Positions 1-10,129 of a DNA stretch of 64,000 bases are shown here, piece after piece. The DNA is from Nitrospinales bacterium. GTDB taxonomy: Bacteria; Nitrospinota; Nitrospinia; Nitrospinales; VA-1. The position numbers and the translations under genes were made by a program. The notes beneath the pieces were generated by a model. That model saw only the letters and a program-made list of their open reading frames with translations. It was not told the origin of the DNA and searched no databases. Position 1 is the first letter of the stretch. Every line of letters starts with the position of its first letter. The stretch is taken from the NCBI GenBank assembly GCA_965223345.1, contig CBDCWG010000012.1:1280001-1344000 (forward strand), in the 5' to 3' direction.

Positions 1-67
1 ACGAGACCACGATCTCCCCGGCTTTGTTGTACACGGGGAAGTGCACCAGCGCCAGATGCAGGTTCAT
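1..67 (-). CDS. SPOUT-type RNA methyltransferase (Methyltrn_RNA_4/DUF2168-like), N-terminal fragment running off the window edge
   Basis: Reverse strand reads MNLHLALVHFPVYNKAGEIVVS; start overlaps trmD stop (ATGA); this family typically follows trmD. Confidence 0.75.
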   Translation of the reverse strand, partial: MNLHLALVHFPVYNKAGEIVVS

Positions 68-801
68 TCCCCGTCCAGTTCCTTCAAGATCCCCTTGTCC
101 TGCTCCGAAAGCTGGAGTTTGTTCAACAGGTCCGGCCGCACGCGCGCGGTCTTTTTCAACGCTTCGCTGCGCTGCCAGGCCTGGATTTTCTTCGGATCCC
201 CCGAGACCAGCACTTCCGGAACTTTGTGGCCCTTGTAATCGCGCGGCCGCGTGTACTGCGGGTATTCCAGCAGAGGGGTCGAAAACGACTCCTCAACCAG
301 CGAGTTTTCATCGCCGAGAACGCCGGGCACCAGCCGCGACACCGCCTCAACCACCACCATCGCCGGGATCTCGCCGCCGGAGAGCACGTAATCGCCGATC
401 GAAATCTCCTCGTCCACGCACAGGGTGCGGACGCGCTCATCGACTCCCTCGTAGCGGCCGCAGACGAGGATCAGGTTTTCCTCGCGTGACAGCTGCCAGG
501 CTTTTTCCTGATCGAACGGTTTGCCCGCCGGGGACATCAGGATGGTGCGCGCGCCGGGGCTCTGTTGCTTGACCGCCTCGATGGCGCGGGCAATGGGTTC
601 GACGTTCATCACCAGCCCCACGCCGCCGCCGAACGGGTAGTCGTCCACCTTTTTGTGCTTGTTGAGCGTGTGGTCCCTGAGATTGTGGATGTGGATGTCC
701 ACGATCCCGTTTTCCCGGGCGCGGTTCAGCAGACTTTCGTCGAACGGGGACGCGAACATCCCCGGGAAAATGGTGATGATGTCAAACCGGATCGTCCTCA
801 A
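64..801 (-). CDS. trmD: tRNA (guanine37-N1)-methyltransferase
   Basis: FDIITIFP, VDDYPFGGG, CGRYEGVDER, SIGDYVLSGGE, LLEYPQYTRP motifs; operon context. Confidence 0.97.
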   Translation of the reverse strand: MRTIRFDIITIFPGMFASPFDESLLNRARENGIVDIHIHNLRDHTLNKHKKVDDYPFGGGVGLVMNVEPIARAIEAVKQQSPGARTILMSPAGKPFDQEKAWQLSREENLILVCGRYEGVDERVRTLCVDEEISIGDYVLSGGEIPAMVVVEAVSRLVPGVLGDENSLVEESFSTPLLEYPQYTRPRDYKGHKVPEVLVSGDPKKIQAWQRSEALKKTARVRPDLLNKLQLSEQDKGILKELDGE

Positions 802-1300
802 TCAGACCCTCGACCCTGTGAAAAATCAGTTTATTCTGTTTGAGATCGATGGTTTTCACCACCGAATCGATCATGGGCAGCAGCACTTCGCGGCCGCCGC
901 CGCGCACGACGTACACGTCGTTGCTGCCGGTCTCGATGATTTCCTCGACGCTGCCGTAATGGTTTTCCGCTTCGTCGTATACGTTCAGACCCAGGATCTC
1001 GAACCAGTAGAACTCCCCTTCGGGCAGGGGTTGAAACTGGTCCGCGGGAACCTGAAGGATTTGCCCGGCCAGCAGCCCGGCCTGTTCGCGGGATTCGACT
1101 TGCTGGAATTTGATGATGAGGTTGTTGGCGCTGCCGCGGACCGATTCCACCTCAACCGGGGTTTCCGGCCCGGTCCCGCCGTCGAGACGGCCCTGCTTCA
1201 AGCTTTTCAGGATCGTAAGATCGGTGACGAAGGGCAGCAGTTTCAATTCGCCTTTCAACCCGTGGGGCCGGGTGACCTTGCCGACTTCGACCCAATGCAT
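782..1300 (-). CDS. rimM: 16S rRNA processing protein RimM
   Basis: VGKVTRPHGLKGE, EGEFYWFEILGL, ETGSNDVYVV; between khpA and trmD. Confidence 0.95.
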   Translation of the reverse strand: MHWVEVGKVTRPHGLKGELKLLPFVTDLTILKSLKQGRLDGGTGPETPVEVESVRGSANNLIIKFQQVESREQAGLLAGQILQVPADQFQPLPEGEFYWFEILGLNVYDEAENHYGSVEEIIETGSNDVYVVRGGGREVLLPMIDSVVKTIDLKQNKLIFHRVEGLIEDDPV

Positions 1301-1303
1301 GCC

Positions 1304-1534
1304 TCACTCGATGATTTCGAGCACCGCGCGTTTTTTCAGCTTGGTTGCGGTTGCGTTGAGCAGCACCCGCATGGCGCGTGCGGTTTTACCCTGCTTGCCG
1401 ATCACTTTGCCGAGGTCTTCCTTGGCGACGCGCAGCTCATAAACGGTTGTCTTTTCACCTTCCACTTCTGTCAAATCCACTTCGTCCGGCTTATCCACCA
1501 ACGATTTCGCGATCATTAGAATGAGTTCTTTCAT
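1304..1534 (-). CDS. khpA: KH-domain RNA-binding protein
   Basis: [19 protein letters not shown]...[24 protein letters not shown] upstream of ATG 1534. Confidence 0.93.
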   Translation of the reverse strand: MKELILMIAKSLVDKPDEVDLTEVEGEKTTVYELRVAKEDLGKVIGKQGKTARAMRVLLNATATKLKKRAVLEIIE

Positions 1535-1635
1535 GGCTCCCTCCTCGAACCGCAACGGAACGGTCACTGGAAACGGGAAGTACGATCGGAGTTGTGCGGA
1601 TCGAACTTGGATCGAGCGAGGAGCGATGGAATCTT

Positions 1636-1881
1636 CTATTGGCCGACACCCGCTTTCTTAAGGAGGGAGGCCACCGTCTTGCTGGGCTTGGCGCCCTTGG
1701 CGATCCAGGCCGACGCCTTTTCGGCGTCGATCTTACAGTTGTCCTCTTCCTTGAGCGGATCGAAGGTGCCCAGGATTTCCAAAAACCGTCCGTCTCTGGG
1801 GAACCGGGAATCCGCTGCTACGATCCGATAGAATGGTTTTTTCTTCGCTCCACGTCGGGTCAGTCTGATCACGACAGCCAA
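1636..1881 (-). CDS. rpsP: 30S ribosomal protein S16
   Basis: [35 protein letters not shown]. Confidence 0.98.
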   Translation of the reverse strand: MAVVIRLTRRGAKKKPFYRIVAADSRFPRDGRFLEILGTFDPLKEEDNCKIDAEKASAWIAKGAKPSKTVASLLKKAGVGQ

Positions 1882-1948
1882 AATATATCCTCCTGTTGTT
1901 TAGATGACTTCATTCGAAAGTTCGGTGCATGTATTAAGCTATTTTAAT

Positions 1949-3289
1949 TCAAAACGGGCTGCGGCCGCCCAACATATTTCCCATATTGAAGCCGCCCTTG
2001 AATTTTCCCATGTTGAATTTTTTCATCATCTTCTGCATCTGCGAGAACTGCTTCAATAACTTGTTGATTTCATTAACTGAGGTGCCGCTACCGGCGGCGA
2101 TGCGGCGTTTGCGGCTGCTGTTGATGATGTTGTGTTTCTCCCGCTCGGCCGGGGTCATGGAACTGATGATGGCCTCGATGCGAACGAACGCTTTTTCATC
2201 GATTTTGAGCCCCTTGAGCTTGTTGGCGCCGGGGATCATGCCCAGAAGCTGCTGGATGGAACCCATTTTCTGGATCTGCTTGAGCTGGTCGCGGAAATCC
2301 TCGAGGGTGAAGCGGTTCTTTTTGAGTTTTTTCTCCAGCTCCTCCTGCTGTTCCAGGTCGTAGGTCTGCTCGGCCTTTTCCACCAGCGACATCACATCGC
2401 CCATGCCGAGGATGCGCGAGACCAGCCGGTCGGGATAAAACGGTTCCAGGGCGTCCAGCTTTTCGCCGGTGCCGATGAAGCGGATCGGTTTGCCGGTGGT
2501 CTTTTTGATCGATAGCGCCGCGCCGCCGCGCGTGTCGCCGTCCATCTTGGTGAGCACCACGCCGTCGATGCCGACCGCCTCGTGAAAGGTGCCGGCGACG
2601 CTGGCCGCCTGCTGGCCCATCATGGCGTCGGCGACGAACAGCACCTCGTCGGGCTCGACCTTTTTCTTGATCGCCTTGAGCTCCTCCATCAACGCGTCGT
2701 CGATCTGCGTGCGCCCGGCGGTGTCGAGGATTAGCACCTGCACCATCTTGCGCCTGGCTTCATCGAGCGCCTGCGTGCAGATCTTCACCGGGTCCTTCTC
2801 GCCTTCGGCCTGGTAGACGTCGATTTCCAGGTCGCGCCCCAGCACGTTGAGCTGCTCGATGGCGGCGGGGCGGTACACGTCCGCCGGCACCAGCAGGCAT
2901 TTTTTGCCCTTCTCCTTGAACCTGCGGGCGAGCTTGCCGACGGTGGTGGTTTTTCCGGAGCCCTGCAGCCCGGCCATGAGGATCACGGTGGGCGGCTTGG
3001 AGGCGAACTGGATCTCCTGGAACTCCTCGCCCAGCAAGGCGGTCAACTCGGTGTTGACGATCTTCACCATCTGGTGGCCGGGGGTGAGGCTTTTCAGCAC
3101 TTCCTGACCGATGGACTGCTCGCGGATCTGCGCGAGGAACTCCTTGATGACGGGCAGGCTGACGTCGGCCTCGATGAGGGCGATGCGGATCTCGCGCAGC
3201 GCTTCATCGACGTCCCCCTCCTTCAACAGGCCGCGGCCCTTGAGTTTTTTGTACACCGCCTCGAGGCGGTTGGAAAGGCTTTCCAGCAT
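1949..3289 (-). CDS. ffh: Signal recognition particle protein Ffh
   Basis: [29 protein letters not shown], Met-rich C-terminal M domain. Confidence 0.98.
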   Translation of the reverse strand: MLESLSNRLEAVYKKLKGRGLLKEGDVDEALREIRIALIEADVSLPVIKEFLAQIREQSIGQEVLKSLTPGHQMVKIVNTELTALLGEEFQEIQFASKPPTVILMAGLQGSGKTTTVGKLARRFKEKGKKCLLVPADVYRPAAIEQLNVLGRDLEIDVYQAEGEKDPVKICTQALDEARRKMVQVLILDTAGRTQIDDALMEELKAIKKKVEPDEVLFVADAMMGQQAASVAGTFHEAVGIDGVVLTKMDGDTRGGAALSIKKTTGKPIRFIGTGEKLDALEPFYPDRLVSRILGMGDVMSLVEKAEQTYDLEQQEELEKKLKKNRFTLEDFRDQLKQIQKMGSIQQLLGMIPGANKLKGLKIDEKAFVRIEAIISSMTPAEREKHNIINSSRKRRIAAGSGTSVNEINKLLKQFSQMQKMMKKFNMGKFKGGFNMGNMLGGRSPF

Positions 3290-3390
3290 GGGAAAAAGCT
3301 CTAATTTTTCAAGGTTTATGGGTGTGCCGTGAAATGCGTCAGTATATAATATCCCACTGCAATGTCAAGGAACAACCCACGAGGATCGGG

Positions 3391-4080
3391 ATGGAAAAAG
3401 CCATTGTTTTATTGAGCGGCGGGCTGGATTCGGCCACCACGCTCGCCGTCGCGCAAAAAGAGGGGTTTTTGGCCCACACGCTGAGCTTCGACTACGGCCA
3501 GCGCCACCGGGTGGAGCTGGAAAAGGCGGGCGCTCTGTCCGGGCGGCTGGGGGCGGCGGAGCACCGCGTGGTGCACGTGGATCTTGCGCAGTTCGGCGGC
3601 TCGGCGCTGACGGCGGACATCGCAGTCCCGTCCGGCCGCAGCGAGGAAGCGATGGCGGCGGGGATTCCGGTCACCTACGTGCCGGCGCGCAACACGGTGT
3701 TTCTCGCCTTCGCGCTGGCGTATGCGGAGGTGCGGGCAATTTCGCATCTCTTTATCGGCGTCAACGCCATCGACTACAGCGGCTACCCGGACTGCCGGCC
3801 CGAATTCATCGCGGCGTTCGAAGCGATGGCGAACCTGGCGACGAAAGCCGGGGTGGAAGGCAAAAGCCGGCTGAAAATCCACACGCCGCTGATCGACCTG
3901 ACGAAAGCCGAGATCATCCGCAAAGGGCTCGAACTGGGCGTGGACTACGGGATGACGCACAGCTGCTACAACCCCAATGCGTGCGGAACCGCCTGCGGCG
4001 TGTGCGACAGTTGCCTGCTGCGCCGCAAAGGATTCCGCGAAGCGGGCGTGGACGATCCGATCGCGTACCAGGAAAAATAA
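3391..4080 (+). CDS. queC: 7-cyano-7-deazaguanine synthase
   Basis: [29 protein letters not shown]...CGVCDSC. Confidence 0.97.
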   Translation: MEKAIVLLSGGLDSATTLAVAQKEGFLAHTLSFDYGQRHRVELEKAGALSGRLGAAEHRVVHVDLAQFGGSALTADIAVPSGRSEEAMAAGIPVTYVPARNTVFLAFALAYAEVRAISHLFIGVNAIDYSGYPDCRPEFIAAFEAMANLATKAGVEGKSRLKIHTPLIDLTKAEIIRKGLELGVDYGMTHSCYNPNACGTACGVCDSCLLRRKGFREAGVDDPIAYQEK

Positions 4081-4085
4081 GATTG

Positions 4086-4200
4086 TTCAGCGCAAAGATG
4101 CCAGAGAAAAAGCCGGGGCAGGATGAATTCGGTAAAGACCGGGATTGCAAAAAACCGCAAAGAGTGAGAAGAGAATCTTACGCAAATAGCGTGAAGGAAA
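4086..4200. repeat. Degenerate left-end repeats of accessory block (CAGGATGAA and CGCAAAG motifs)
   Basis: GCAGGATGAATTCGGTAAAG (4118-4137) is an imperfect inverted copy of 9254-9273; CGCAAAG-type motifs resemble 27192-27218. Confidence 0.5.
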
Positions 4201-4264
4201 AACGAAAATGAATATTTAAATGACCTTTCACTTTAAATCATGAACATGGCCGGGCGAGAACTGA

Positions 4265-5863
4265 ATGGATTTTGAATGGGTTGCGATAGCGCTGAGTGAT
4301 GTTGCCTGGATCTCGCTGGCGTTTGTGCTGGGTTTTCTGGCGCAGCGGATCGGATTGCCGCCGCTGGTCGGTTTTCTGGCGACCGGTTTTATTCTCAATC
4401 ACGTGGGGATGGCGAGTGGCGAGATGTTGCAGAAGCTCGCGGATCTGGGCATCACGCTGCTGCTGTTCACCGTCGGCCTGAAGCTCGACCTGAAGGTGCT
4501 GGCGAGGCCGCAGGTCTGGTCGGTGACGCTGCTGCACACCTCAACCATCGTCGTTGTTTTCGGAGCGGCGGTTTTCGGCCTGGCCGTCCTGCACGTGCCG
4601 CTGTTCTCCAGCCTGGATCTCAAGCTTTCGCTCATGCTCGCCTTCGCTCTGAGTTTTTCCAGCACCGTGTTTGTGGTCAAGACGCTGGAGCGGAAGGGGG
4701 AGATGAAATCGCTGCACGGGCGGATCGCCATCGGCATCCTGATCATGCAGGATCTGGCCGCGGTGGTTTTTCTGGCGGCTTCGACCGGCAAACTGCCCAC
4801 GTTCTGGGCGCTGCTGCTGCTTCTCCTCATTCCCCTGCGGGCGCTGTTGCACTCGCTGCTGGAAAGGACGGGGCACGGCGAACTGTTGATCCTGTACGGC
4901 CTGGTTCTGGCTCTGGGCGGCGCCGAACTGTTCGAGCTGGGCGGCGTGAAGGACGATCTGGGAGCGCTGTTTATGGGGGTATTGATCTCCACGCATCCCA
5001 AATCCGACGAGATGGCCAAATCGATGCTGGGGTTCAAGGATCTGTTTCTGGTGGGATTCTTCCTCTCCATCGGCATGTCCGGCGAGCTCTCGCTGGAAGC
5101 CGCCGTCATCGGGCTGCTGCTGGTGCCGTTCGTCTTTTTCAAGTCGGCCCTGTTTTTCGTTTTGATGACCGGTTTCAAGCTGCGGGCGCGCACGTCCCTG
5201 CTGGCGACCCTGAACCTGAGCAACTACAGCGAATTCGGGCTGATCGTGGCTGCGATCGGCGTCGCCAACGGCTGGCTGGACGCCCAATGGCTGGTCGTCA
5301 TCGCCATCGCGCTGTCTGTTTCTTTTGTCGTCGCCGCGCCGTTGAACAGCATCGACGACCGGATCTACAGCCGGTTCCGGGACTTCTGGATGCGGTTGCA
5401 ACGCAAAGAGCGGCTTCCAGATGACAGGCTGCTGGACACGCTCGGCGCCACCATCGCCGTGTTCGGCATGGGAAGGGTGGGCAGCGGCGCTTACGACAAG
5501 ATGCGTGAATTCCACGGCGATACGGTGGTCGGCGTCGATTTCGACGCCGAGTTGATCCGCAGGCACCAGGCGAGCGGCCGCAAAGCCCTGCACGGCGACC
5601 CCAGCGATGCGGATTTCTGGGAAAAAATCGAGCAAAACCACAGCATCAAACTGGTCATGCTGGCGCTGCCGAACCTGCGGGCCAATTTGAACGCCCTGGA
5701 GCAGCTGCGCAACATATCTTTTCCCGGTCGCATAGCGGCAACCGCACGATTCCCGGACGAGGTGAAACGGTTGCAGGAGGCGGGGGCCACGTCCGTGTTC
5801 AACATCTACACGGAAGCGGGCGCCGGATTTGCCGTTCACGTCGAGACTCGAAGGAGGCCGTGA
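4265..5863 (+). CDS. Cation:proton antiporter (CPA2/Kef-type) with C-terminal TrkA-N domain
   Basis: Many TM helices, LLFTVGLKLD, FSSTV, ILIMQDL, SEFGLIV; C-terminal GMGRVG Rossmann motif. Confidence 0.9.
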   Translation: MDFEWVAIALSDVAWISLAFVLGFLAQRIGLPPLVGFLATGFILNHVGMASGEMLQKLADLGITLLLFTVGLKLDLKVLARPQVWSVTLLHTSTIVVVFGAAVFGLAVLHVPLFSSLDLKLSLMLAFALSFSSTVFVVKTLERKGEMKSLHGRIAIGILIMQDLAAVVFLAASTGKLPTFWALLLLLLIPLRALLHSLLERTGHGELLILYGLVLALGGAELFELGGVKDDLGALFMGVLISTHPKSDEMAKSMLGFKDLFLVGFFLSIGMSGELSLEAAVIGLLLVPFVFFKSALFFVLMTGFKLRARTSLLATLNLSNYSEFGLIVAAIGVANGWLDAQWLVVIAIALSVSFVVAAPLNSIDDRIYSRFRDFWMRLQRKERLPDDRLLDTLGATIAVFGMGRVGSGAYDKMREFHGDTVVGVDFDAELIRRHQASGRKALHGDPSDADFWEKIEQNHSIKLVMLALPNLRANLNALEQLRNISFPGRIAATARFPDEVKRLQEAGATSVFNIYTEAGAGFAVHVETRRRP

Positions 5864-5981
5864 GGCGCGGTGCAGCGCCCGACCTCGTATCAGAAAATAG
5901 CATTAGACAGGGGGAACGGAATGCGAGAACTTACAGGCAGCGATCCCGAAAATCACGATCAAGAGCGCATGGCCGAACCGC

Positions 5982-6389
5982 ATGGAGCCCTTTCCGCTAC
6001 AGAAGATCCGCCCGACAGCCTGCGCGTTTTCCGGATCGGATGGAGACGTCTCGCTGGAGATCCGTCTTGTACCGTTCGAGCTCGGTGAGGACGAGGATTC
6101 AGAAATCGTGGAAACCTCGATCCGGCTGGAGAGCATCGACCTTCCAGCAAACCCAAAGGCGCTTGCAGGAAGAACGTTCGATTTTCCCGTCAATCCCGAA
6201 GACGGATACATCGACGGTTCGATCTATTTTTTCGCCGCGCACCATCCGGTGGACGTGACGCGCATCGTGTTCGGAAACATCACAGATAATCGCCTGCCGG
6301 TCAAGCTGCACACCACCTGGCTGCTGGAGTTTGAAAACAGCGGCTACCGCAATTTTCAGACAGAGATTGAGACTGAAATCGCGTTGTAG
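5982..6389 (+). CDS. Hypothetical protein
   Basis: 135-aa ORF with globular-looking composition (FDFPVNPEDGYIDGSIYF); start uncertain. Confidence 0.65.
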   Translation: MEPFPLQKIRPTACAFSGSDGDVSLEIRLVPFELGEDEDSEIVETSIRLESIDLPANPKALAGRTFDFPVNPEDGYIDGSIYFFAAHHPVDVTRIVFGNITDNRLPVKLHTTWLLEFENSGYRNFQTEIETEIAL

Positions 6390-6493
6390 TCAAGGCGGAG
6401 AGGTTGTTCAGGAAAAACAGAGGACGATTTTATAAGTTGAATTAGGCGGCACCCGATCTGACAGACGGTGTTAGATGTTCTTGAGTCTCCGCA

Positions 6494-6519
6494 GACCGCT
6501 ATCGGCCAGAAGCAGTCAT
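6494..6519 (-). repeat. 26-bp site, copy A
   Basis: Reverse complement ATGACTGCTTCTGGCCGATAGCGGTC; related to four other copies. Confidence 0.65.
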
Positions 6520-6561
6520 CGACTACGCGAAATTCTCATGGCCGCGATTAGTTGCTAGCTG

Positions 6562-6587
6562 ATGTCTGCGGTTGGCCGCAAACCCAC
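6562..6587 (+). repeat. 26-bp site, copy B (degenerate right arm)
   Basis: ATGTCTGCGGTTGGCCGCAAACCCAC. Confidence 0.5.
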
Positions 6588-6726
6588 CGCCTTCCTCGCC
6601 CGTGACCTCGAGTTCTCGCAACTCAGCTAAAGGAAGGTCCCTTGACTGTCTGGGAGCGAAAGTGCGAGGCTAGCTGAGCACTTATCGTAACGCCAGTCAG
6701 GCAACAAATTTTGGGCGTGCGCGTTT

Positions 6727-7932
6727 ATGTCGGAAACTGAGGCTTCCTCAGAGCGAAATCGGGAACTGGAGTCGTCAAAGACGACTACCGGTCCCGGGCT
6801 TGTCAAGGCTCACACCGGAATGCGCGGTCTGCTGGCCTTTTACATTATGCTGTTTCACGCCCTGTCGTTTTCCACCGGCTGGGACCTACAAGGTTCAGCT
6901 TTGATGCCCGTATTCTTCCTCCTGGCGGGTTATTCACTCGCCATCGTTTACGGGAAGCAACGGCCCAGGTTCGACGTCAAGCATTACTACCGCAACCGCT
7001 TCGCACGGATTGCCCCCGTCTACTACGCCGTGATGCTGTTTGCGCTGCCACTTGCTGTGTTCGGCCGTGGCTGGGTGTCGCCGTCCGACATTGGTTGGGT
7101 ATTCGCGACCAACATATTCGCTGTGCAGATGTGGCCAAGTATCCCCCCGGTCTCGTTCGCAGGTCCTGCCTGGACCATTTCGACACTCGCCTTCTTCTAT
7201 CTCGTCTTCCCTTGGTTGCTGCGATGGCATCAGAACCAGACCGACCGGTCTTTGAACCGATGGATCACGATACTGGCGGTGGTGCAGGCCGTGGTGTTCT
7301 TTGCTTTGTCGTTCACCATCTATTTCGTAGATTACAATTGGGCCTTCTGGGCCTCCCATGCCTGGCCCATATCGCGGCTTCCCGTGTTTGACATGGGACT
7401 CGTCGCAGGACTTCTCATGCTCCGCCAAGGCCGCCCTGATCGCGACACCGCTGTCAGAGTCATGGGTGTCTCGACCGATCAAAAGAACCGTTGGGCGCGA
7501 CGCGTCGATGGGTACGCCGGTACTTTCGTCGTCTTCGTAATCGGATTGTCCGCCCTAGAAGTTGTGGGGGGCATCGACCTCCTCGGCTCCTGGTGGATGC
7601 AAGGGGTGTTCCCGTACGTGATCCTTGTTGTCATCGTCGGATTGTCAATGACCAGCCGAGAAGAAAATTTGTACACGCAACGCCTGCTGAATTGGCCAAC
7701 CTGTCTCTTCCTCGGCAGAATTTCTTTGTCTTTGTATCTGGTCCATGAACCCATCATTCAATACGTCGCCTGGATTGCTCGACCTGCTCAGACATGGAGT
7801 TTCAACATGCCTATGCCCGTATGGGGAATCGCCGTCGTGCTGCCCGTGAGCGTTATCCTCGCCGCGCTGCTTGAACGAACCATCGAAACCCCGGCTCGCA
7901 ATTTCTTAAGGGCGCGCTCGCGTCGTTTCTGA
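6727..7932 (+). CDS. Acyltransferase family 3 (OafA/YrhL-like) membrane protein
   Basis: TGMRGLLA, FFLLAGY, YYRNRFARIAPVY, AWTIS, LGRISLSLYLVH, IETPAR motifs; codon usage looks atypical. Confidence 0.9.
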   Translation: MSETEASSERNRELESSKTTTGPGLVKAHTGMRGLLAFYIMLFHALSFSTGWDLQGSALMPVFFLLAGYSLAIVYGKQRPRFDVKHYYRNRFARIAPVYYAVMLFALPLAVFGRGWVSPSDIGWVFATNIFAVQMWPSIPPVSFAGPAWTISTLAFFYLVFPWLLRWHQNQTDRSLNRWITILAVVQAVVFFALSFTIYFVDYNWAFWASHAWPISRLPVFDMGLVAGLLMLRQGRPDRDTAVRVMGVSTDQKNRWARRVDGYAGTFVVFVIGLSALEVVGGIDLLGSWWMQGVFPYVILVVIVGLSMTSREENLYTQRLLNWPTCLFLGRISLSLYLVHEPIIQYVAWIARPAQTWSFNMPMPVWGIAVVLPVSVILAALLERTIETPARNFLRARSRRF

Positions 7933-8055
7933 TAGCGCCGCGTCACTGCCGTCAAGCCCCTCTAGCGATCTGCTATTCCCTCTTAGCAGGCCCCCGAACC
8001 AGATTCCGCGACGCCGTTCTTCCGCTGAGTTGCGCTTGCGGATCGCGATCCTAAC

Positions 8056-8081
8056 ATATCCGTTTTGGGTCGTTGGCGGAC
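8056..8081 (+). repeat. 26-bp site, copy C
   Basis: ATATCCGTTTTGGGTCGTTGGCGGAC. Confidence 0.6.
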
Positions 8082-8089
8082 TCACTATC

Positions 8090-8115
8090 AACTGGAATCG
8101 GCCAAAAGCGGACAC
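8090..8115 (-). repeat. 26-bp site, copy D
   Basis: Reverse complement GTGTCCGCTTTTGGCCGATTCCAGTT. Confidence 0.65.
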
Positions 8116-8173
8116 CCTCATCTGCCGCTATGAAGCGCCACAAAAACCTGGATGGATATAGCGTTTTATTGAT

Positions 8174-9154
8174 TTAGTCTTTGTGCTCCATCGTGATAAC
8201 CAAGTTGCCCTTTTTGTGGCCGCTTTCGATGTAGCGGTGCGCTGCGGCGGTTTCTTCCAGCGGATAGGTTCGGTCTATCACCGATTTCAGTTTCCCCGCC
8301 TCGATGAGTTCTTTGAGAAAATTCAGATCTTCGGCTTTGTACTTGGCAAACTCGAACATCACTTTCTTGTCGCTGGTTCGGGACGTCCATAGCGCGCGCA
8401 GCATCTGGTGCGCGCGGGGGTTGGCCAGCAGATAGCGGCCGTTCTGCTTCAGCGAGCGGAGGCTGCGTGAAAACGAACTCTTGCCCACCACGTCGAAGAT
8501 GACATCGTAGCGCACACCGGATCGGCTGAAATCTTCTTGTGTGTAATCGATGACGTGATCGGCACCGATGGCGCGCAGCGTGTCCAGCTTTTCCGTGCTG
8601 TCCACGCCGGTCACTTCCGCGCCGAAGTATTTTGCGAGCTGCACGGCAAAGGAGCCGATGTTTCCGGTAGCGCCGTTGATGAGAACGTTCTCCCCGTTCC
8701 GGATGTTGGCTTTGCGGATGAAGTGCAACGCGTTGAGCCCGCCAGTCGGGACGGCGGCGGCTTGCGCGTGCGTCATGCTGACCGGTTTGAGGGCGCACTT
8801 TTCTGCGCGCAGGCATTTGTACTCGGCGTGCGCGCCCATGCCGATTTCGGTGGAGGCGAACACCTCATCCCCAACCTTGAATTGCGTGACGTTCTTGCCG
8901 GCCGATTCGACGACACCGGAGAGATCCTGCCCCAGTATGTTCACTCTTTTGGGCCGCAGCAGTCCCGCGTAGATCCGCAAGGGCAGCCAGAACCACAGCG
9001 GGAAAGTGAAGCTGCGAAGCTCGCAGTCGCCCGGGATGACAGAGGCCGCATGGATCCGGATCAACACCTCGTCGTCTTTGGGAACGGGTTTGGGCACCTC
9101 TTTCAGTTGCAACACTTCCGGCGGGCCGTATTGTTCGAATACGATGGCTTTCAT
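8174..9154 (-). CDS. NAD(P)-dependent MDR-family oxidoreductase (quinone oxidoreductase-like)
   Basis: MKAIVFEQYGPPEVL, GQDLSGVVE, VLINGATGNIGSFAVQLAK, AAHRYIESGHKKG. Confidence 0.9.
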   Translation of the reverse strand: MKAIVFEQYGPPEVLQLKEVPKPVPKDDEVLIRIHAASVIPGDCELRSFTFPLWFWLPLRIYAGLLRPKRVNILGQDLSGVVESAGKNVTQFKVGDEVFASTEIGMGAHAEYKCLRAEKCALKPVSMTHAQAAAVPTGGLNALHFIRKANIRNGENVLINGATGNIGSFAVQLAKYFGAEVTGVDSTEKLDTLRAIGADHVIDYTQEDFSRSGVRYDVIFDVVGKSSFSRSLRSLKQNGRYLLANPRAHQMLRALWTSRTSDKKVMFEFAKYKAEDLNFLKELIEAGKLKSVIDRTYPLEETAAAHRYIESGHKKGNLVITMEHKD

Positions 9155-9194
9155 CCGTTTCTTGCTGCTTTGAGCGGGTTCGCTTTTTGAACGG

Positions 9195-9246
9195 TTCACC
9201 CTTCGACAGAGCCCGTCCTGAGCCAGCCGAAGGGCTCAGGGTGACA
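9195..9246. repeat. REP-like palindromic element with nested copy
   Basis: TCACCCTTCGACAGAGCCCGTCCTGAGCCAGCCGAAGGGCTCAGGGTGACA closely matches the reverse complement of 29659-29709. Confidence 0.75.
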
Positions 9247-9253
9247 GAGATAC

Positions 9254-9273
9254 TTTTATCCCGTTCATCCTGT
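9254..9273. repeat. Right-end repeat TTTTATCCCGTTCATCCTGT
   Basis: Differs from 29213-29231 by a single base insertion; both lie just outside the stop codon of a minus-strand gene. Confidence 0.7.
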
Positions 9274-9283
9274 ACAGAGGGGT

Positions 9284-9994
9284 TCAGGTCTTCGACTGGC
9301 CGCCGTCGATGAACAGGGTCTCGCCGTTGACGAATTTGTTTTCCAGCAGGTATTGCAGTCCCTGCACGATGTTTTCCTCCGCGCCGTGGGTTTTCGTCGG
9401 GATCGCCTTCGCCCATTTTTTGAGGTAGTCGTCGGTCTCGCCGGCGGGCGGCAGGATCAGCCCCGGCGCGATCCCGTTGACGCGCACGGTCGCGCCGAAC
9501 TCGATGGCGGCAAGATGGGTGAGGTGACTGAGTCCCACTTTGGTCACCGAGTACGCGGCGAAGGTGGGAACGGCGCGTTCGATGCGCTCATCGAGGATGT
9601 TGACGATCAGGCCGCGGTTCACCTGGCGCTTGTATTCGCGCATCAGCAGATACGGCGTCAGGAGGTTGATGTGCACGCTGTCTGTGAGCGTTTTTGTCGT
9701 CGTGCTTTCGATGTTCTCCTGGATGAACACCGAGGCGGAGTTGACGAGCACCGCGAGATCGGGAAACGCCTCTTGTACTTCGGCGATGAGTTTTTCGGAA
9801 GCGGCGAGATCGCTGAAATCGCAGGGGAATGAGCGAGCCTGAACGCCCAGGGCCTGGATTTCCTTCAAGGTTTCACCGGCGTGTTTGGAGGAGGTGTTGT
9901 GGTGCAGGGCGATGTCGTGGCCTTTGCGGGCGAGATGCAGCGCCATGGCGCGTCCCAGGCGCACGGCCCCTCCGGTCACCAGAGCAGCGGGCAT
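9284..9994 (-). CDS. Short-chain dehydrogenase, pteridine reductase/FolM-like
   Basis: TGGAVRLGRA, LVNSAS, YSVTK, VRVNGIAPG. Confidence 0.85.
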   Translation of the reverse strand: MPAALVTGGAVRLGRAMALHLARKGHDIALHHNTSSKHAGETLKEIQALGVQARSFPCDFSDLAASEKLIAEVQEAFPDLAVLVNSASVFIQENIESTTTKTLTDSVHINLLTPYLLMREYKRQVNRGLIVNILDERIERAVPTFAAYSVTKVGLSHLTHLAAIEFGATVRVNGIAPGLILPPAGETDDYLKKWAKAIPTKTHGAEENIVQGLQYLLENKFVNGETLFIDGGQSKT

Positions 9995-10129
9995 GATTGA
10001 ACCTCCTCAAGTTTGCGGGTATACTTTTCGCTTCGATTGAAAATTTGATTCAGGCAGGCATTTAACGTTAATTTTCAGGCAAAATCCACTGATTTTCGCC
10101 TGAGCACTTCTTCGCTGGAAAGGCACCGA

